DNA from: Oopsacas minuta
Lineage: Eukaryota; Animalia; Porifera
Reading direction: 5' to 3'
Assembly (NCBI GenBank): GCA_024704765.1
Contig: JAKMXF010000299.1
Span: 496,001-560,000 of the forward strand
DNA: 64,000 bases
Part shown: in pieces, positions 59,716 through 64,000 of the stretch
Position numbering within the stretch: the stretch's first letter is position 1
Layout of the letters: each line of letters opens with the position of its first letter
The notes under the pieces: generated by a model
The model's input: only the letters and a program-made list of their open reading frames with translations
Databases searched by the model: none
What the model was told of the DNA's origin: nothing
Made by a program: the position numbers and the translations under genes

Positions 59716-60366
59716 ATGAAACTATCCGTCATTTTTTCTTTTATTTCACTCTCTTTCATTTACAATGCACTATGCTATGCTAACATTTCTCATCCAATTC
59801 TAAGTACTCAATTCAGTGCGAGAATGCGACCGAGCAAGCTATTTGAAATGTCATCATTTGCGCGTGGGCTTAACTCTTTAATTTTCATGAACATAACTGG
59901 TTACGATAGCAATGATAACTTGATGATATCCGAAATAGACTCTACTCCTTCCAATGAATCACATATCCTATACCAGTCCTACATGAACGGTAGAGAAAAA
60001 AAGGCATATTTCATATATGAAGGACAGTGTTATACTCACAACATTGATGGTATTCCAGTTGAATTCCTTATTGTGCCCAGCTTCATGTCATTTGTCTTCA
60101 TTAACTTTTTCAACACAGCTCCCCTTGTAACGCTCACTTCTAGCCTGAAAGAGTGTACATATCATAAAGCAGTAGATTGTGAGGGTTGGACTGCTGTCAA
60201 TACAGATAGTTCTAATGATAATATTACCATTTTCATACACGAGACTACAATATTGCATTACATTGTAGGATTCAATTCTGAACAACCTGTCATATTCGAT
60301 GACTTTAAAATAGGCAATCAGACAATTGATAAATTTGAACCACCAAAAGCTGCGAATTGCAACTGA
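59716..60366 (+). CDS. Secreted ependymin-related (EPDR-like) protein
   Basis: Signal peptide; P.L.TQFSA start; GQCY, CEGW and terminal FDDFKIG...FEPPKAANC resembling the EPDR F..P..C end. Confidence 0.6.
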   Translation: MKLSVIFSFISLSFIYNALCYANISHPILSTQFSARMRPSKLFEMSSFARGLNSLIFMNITGYDSNDNLMISEIDSTPSNESHILYQSYMNGREKKAYFIYEGQCYTHNIDGIPVEFLIVPSFMSFVFINFFNTAPLVTLTSSLKECTYHKAVDCEGWTAVNTDSSNDNITIFIHETTILHYIVGFNSEQPVIFDDFKIGNQTIDKFEPPKAANCN

Positions 60367-60455
60367 TAGCATTTCTAATTAAATAGATTATTTTTATGTG
60401 TGGTTGTGTATAATTATTATATCTATCCTATATACACATATTCATGATATACGTA

Positions 60456-60600
60456 CAGTACAGACTCCGTTTATTAGAGCCATCAGTTAATAGGGTTAAC
60501 TTGGCCAGAAACAGAACCATACAAATAGAGTTAAATTACTCCGGGTTAAATGGGCCAATGTCCTGGTCCCAATGTGACTCTATTAATCGGAGTCTACTTG
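60456..60600. mobile_element. pogo/Tigger-like MITE
   Basis: TA+CAGTACAGACTCCGTTTATTAGAG ... CTCTATTAATCGGAGTCTACTTG+TA. Confidence 0.7.
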
Positions 60601-60786
60601 TATATTTACTTTCTAAGACGACGAATATCTACCCACCATAATTACGCATTAGTGTTAATTTCGCTATTTGGTTGATTAATATCATTGTGAGCCAATATAT
60701 GTGTATATAATTCGGGCCACAATTAATTCTCACTATTGAATAATTTATTATTCTCTCCGCTCTACACATTAGGAGTATATAATAAT

Positions 60787-62004
60787 ATGGCCGTTGCATT
60801 TCATACTGGAAGCAAACGGAGGATCTCTTTATCTGATACAGAATTGGACCGTGACTATAAGTCACCAAGGAGAATGAACAAGTATCTCTCAATTCAAGAG
60901 GCTAGAGTCTCTATACAAACGAAGTTTGGTATTTATCGTCAGTTATTGGATAATAAGGAATTGGAATTGTTATCGGAACTAAATCAACTGGAGGATATTA
61001 ACAAACCTGAACTAACACATGTTAACGCAGATCTCAACCGGCTCTCTGAGACAATAGGCACATTAGATGATTCTCTTTGCACTAACACTTTGAAACAGTT
61101 TCTAGAACAACAAAAATCTGTTTGGAGTAAACAAATGAAAATTCTAGAAAATTCAAAAGAACTTCTATCCCATGTTTCCTTAAATTATTCAGAATTCGAC
61201 GTTTTTGTTGAAAATATTATAAATATTGTTCCTTTCCTTTCCAAGTCTAAATTCGCACAAAAACTGTCCTTTTATATGAAACTGAAACCGAGATTAGAAG
61301 AAGATTGGTGTGTGGTATCTCAAAAGTGGTTCGATTCATTTTCAAATTCTCTCAATATAAATAATCGTCAACCAAATGACAAATGGGAATTTCCTCACAG
61401 CATTCCAATCGACCAATCTGGTATCTACACTAACGGACATTTAAACATAAACAGTTGTCAGATGCTCCATTCCAAAGCTTGGAGTATGTTACTAAGATTT
61501 AATGGTCTAACACATGGTTCTAGTCCCTTAAAGAGAAAACCTTATTTTAACAAGAAAACTAATAATATCCAAATTCCAATCGCTCCTACAAAACACATCT
61601 GTTTTATTGGACATAATAGTGGTGATACTAAGTTCAACTTTAAACACGAGATAGAAACCTTCCCATACGATACTTATACAGATATATTAGAAAAAATATC
61701 TATATTTTCTAAACGGATCTCATCTCAGAGTCCACTAATGTATTGCGTGAAATTTCCTGTAAACATATTCTTTCATATCGATTCTTATATAATAACCAAT
61801 AACCACAGTCTTCCTTATGATAAAATTAGGAATTCTTCTTGTCCTAGACAAATTCCTTTTGAAGTACCAGCTACATCAGTTGGTGTTGACAGCTTGTCTA
61901 TCTTGTTTGTTATACCAGACTCTAAAGGGAGAACCAATATCAAAGTTAAGACTAATATTCCTGAATTCCGAGATAAAATGAAGACAGGTGGCTTACTATT
62001 TTAG
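60787..62004 (+). CDS. Coiled-coil + DUSP-domain protein without a USP catalytic domain
   Basis: Heptad region (ELELLSELNQLE...) then DUSP-like WCVVSQKWF...PIDQSGI...LHSKAWSMLLRFNG...PLKRK. No Cys/His boxes before the stop. First ATG is at 60787. Confidence 0.65.
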   Translation: MAVAFHTGSKRRISLSDTELDRDYKSPRRMNKYLSIQEARVSIQTKFGIYRQLLDNKELELLSELNQLEDINKPELTHVNADLNRLSETIGTLDDSLCTNTLKQFLEQQKSVWSKQMKILENSKELLSHVSLNYSEFDVFVENIINIVPFLSKSKFAQKLSFYMKLKPRLEEDWCVVSQKWFDSFSNSLNINNRQPNDKWEFPHSIPIDQSGIYTNGHLNINSCQMLHSKAWSMLLRFNGLTHGSSPLKRKPYFNKKTNNIQIPIAPTKHICFIGHNSGDTKFNFKHEIETFPYDTYTDILEKISIFSKRISSQSPLMYCVKFPVNIFFHIDSYIITNNHSLPYDKIRNSSCPRQIPFEVPATSVGVDSLSILFVIPDSKGRTNIKVKTNIPEFRDKMKTGGLLF

Positions 62005-62766
62005 ATAACTATATTTGAAATTATTTCAGAATCAAATGATTAAACCCCATTTCTGTAACTTTTTTGTAATACAATTATACTCGTTTTTACTGATTGGAGT
62101 TCCCAATTGTCTGTGATATCGGTGTACATGTGGTCGCTCTGCCACAGCTGTTATAAACTAATGATGTGGGATATACTTATTTGACCATTAAGCTGAAAGG
62201 AGAAGGTCAGGAACTCCCGAACGTTAAGGTGATGTAATTACGTGTAACCATACGTAAGGCATTAATTGATAGGTCAGATACGTTGGAACAGTTTTAGGAA
62301 CTATGTATTATAAATTCGTATATAGATATCGATTTAGCACTAATTAGTTTTCTAAGGATTTTGTTGTTAATGCACTTTCACGTGTTTGTCATTTGATGTA
62401 CGTTTCATTTGAGGTGAATGCTAATCCTGAATTTATTAAGAATTAGAAACATTAATATGAGAACCCAGTACATATTTGAGTGTTCAGCAAGTTTTCTCTA
62501 ATTGAGGACCCTATTTCGGTTACCATGGATAAAGGTGTAATCACTGTTAAGAAACAGAAAGTAGAAATCATAATGCTACTCTCGAAGAGATAATATATAT
62601 ATATATGATATGAATGTTGTATGAAATTTTTCCATTCTGTAATATTAATTCTATTTGTTCTATAATTCATGTCTGAATTCACGTATTTCATTAAAATGTA
62701 TTTATATTAATCTAGCAATTATTATATTACTCAAAGTATTCCTGTGGATGGATTAAATTTTCTTTA

Positions 62767-64000
62767 ATGTCGAAATATTGTCCAGATGATAAGTGCGGGT
62801 TCTATGATAAATACCGTCGTGGATATCCTAATGTCAGAGCAAGAAATTGTCCTTACTGCGGTAAAGAATTAATACTGAAGAAACAAATAGAAGCTGCCCT
62901 GGGTGCTAAAGATATTTATACTGTTGAAAATCTACTTGTTGATTTAACGGAAATTCCAGATAGTGACACATCTATATCCATTAATAAGGATGTTACTCCG
63001 ATTCCTTCAACTTCTACTAATGAACATCCAAACATCAAGACTGAGCCTCAAACACAGATAATAGATAAAGTTGTACATGACAAAGATAAACATACTGATA
63101 ATGAGAAAGACACGACTGATAAAGAAAAGATATCTGATAATATTCATTTACCTATGAAAGTAAAAGTGCTTTCAGATGAAAATCCGGCTGAAGAAGAGAA
63201 GAGAGATGAGGCAGTTGTTAGAAAAAGTGATAATAAAAGAAAGTGTCCAGATTCCAATTCACCTGAACTAAACCAGTCACAGAAGAAACAACGGACAAAA
63301 CAGAAGTTATCAGATTCTGAAAGTACTACTTCAGACACTACAAGAGGACATAAACCTATCGTACCATATTCTCCTATTACTGACTCATCAACAGATTCTG
63401 ATACAAATGAAATACCAAAGAATACAACTCAACCAAAGTCTGAACAAACCACAGATAAACTAACAGCTAGTAGCGTAGCTGAAGATAATAAAGATGAGAA
63501 GAAAAGGAAACGCGAGAAAGAGGAGGAAATAAGGGAGGCAGGATTAGACGTTGCTCCTCGTAAAAGTTTAAGGCTAGCGGACAAAGGTAGGTTAGAGATC
63601 TCAGAAAATCCTACTTCAGCAATCCCAGAAAGTGAAACTCCTTCTGTTAATATCCAATTTAAAACTTTAATTCTTAAAGAATTCTATTCTAAAATAGAGT
63701 CTATTCATCTTAAGATATTGTCCGAGAATATTGGTAATATGAAGAATAGTATAGAATTAACCAAGTTTACAGATGTTAAGTTATTGAGTGGTGAGTTTGT
63801 TACTCTCTGCGGTACTTTGAAATATCCGATATCCTCTATTAATTGTGGGTATATTTGGTTCCCCTACAGATATTGTTTAATTCATTCTGATGCAAATGAG
63901 AGTTTTGAAGATTTACACAATGAGTTAATCCATAATTACATGCGTTGTTTTAACTGGAAAGTTAACAAAACGTTAATTGATTCACTGAATAACAATACTT
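62767..64000 (+). CDS. 5' part of a large ORF running off the window, RNF213/mysterin-like N-terminus
   Basis: Open from ATG 62767 to the window end (>410 codons, my translation). MSKYCPDDKC...CPYCG zinc ribbon, long charged low-complexity region, then VNIQFKTLI...SIEL...LCGTL...FPYRYCL...ESFE...NYMRCF, resembling the RNF213 N-terminal CBM20-like segment as I recall it. Confidence 0.55.
   Translation, partial: MSKYCPDDKCGFYDKYRRGYPNVRARNCPYCGKELILKKQIEAALGAKDIYTVENLLVDLTEIPDSDTSISINKDVTPIPSTSTNEHPNIKTEPQTQIIDKVVHDKDKHTDNEKDTTDKEKISDNIHLPMKVKVLSDENPAEEEKRDEAVVRKSDNKRKCPDSNSPELNQSQKKQRTKQKLSDSESTTSDTTRGHKPIVPYSPITDSSTDSDTNEIPKNTTQPKSEQTTDKLTASSVAEDNKDEKKRKREKEEEIREAGLDVAPRKSLRLADKGRLEISENPTSAIPESETPSVNIQFKTLILKEFYSKIESIHLKILSENIGNMKNSIELTKFTDVKLLSGEFVTLCGTLKYPISSINCGYIWFPYRYCLIHSDANESFEDLHNELIHNYMRCFNWKVNKTLIDSLNNNT

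Noticed and set aside
1-64000. tRNA, rRNA, snRNA or SL RNA genes
   Set aside because: No cloverleaf, rRNA-conserved or donor-plus-Sm-site sequence could be recognised by eye; a tRNAscan/Infernal run would be needed to exclude them.

Overview
AT-rich, compact eukaryotic (animal-type) genomic scaffold, with no prokaryotic or CRISPR features. The mix of intronless conserved genes, small GT-AG introns and lineage-specific membrane and immune-type families suggests an early-branching metazoan such as a hexactinellid sponge; this is inference. Recognisable genes: BAZ1A/ACF1, two tandem DED+death-domain (FADD-like) paralogues, a GT10 fucosyltransferase, NCK, 4-exon BPNT1 whose 5.4-kb first intron hosts DOLK (same strand) and UBE2G2, 4-exon MSTO1, a UGT, an 8-exon SLC9A/NHE, a GT32 glycosyltransferase, NHL-repeat, LRR and ependymin-like proteins, a coiled-coil+DUSP protein and the 5' end of an RNF213-like ORF missing from the ORF track. 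Also present: an orphan 7TM family (one intact copy, decayed copies), a frameshifted sugar-transporter pseudogene, decayed mariner and maT (DD37D) transposons, many hAT and Tc1/pogo MITEs with clear TSDs, and a Helitron-like repeat family. A 987-N gap is flanked by a Nextera adapter and a 28-bp chimeric mate fragment (assembly artefact). The most striking pattern is a 3' splice-acceptor-like YAG 1-6 nt before the ATG of about 9 of ~16 genes, which together with tight co-oriented gene spacing suggests spliced-leader trans-splicing and possibly polycistronic transcription (hypothesis).
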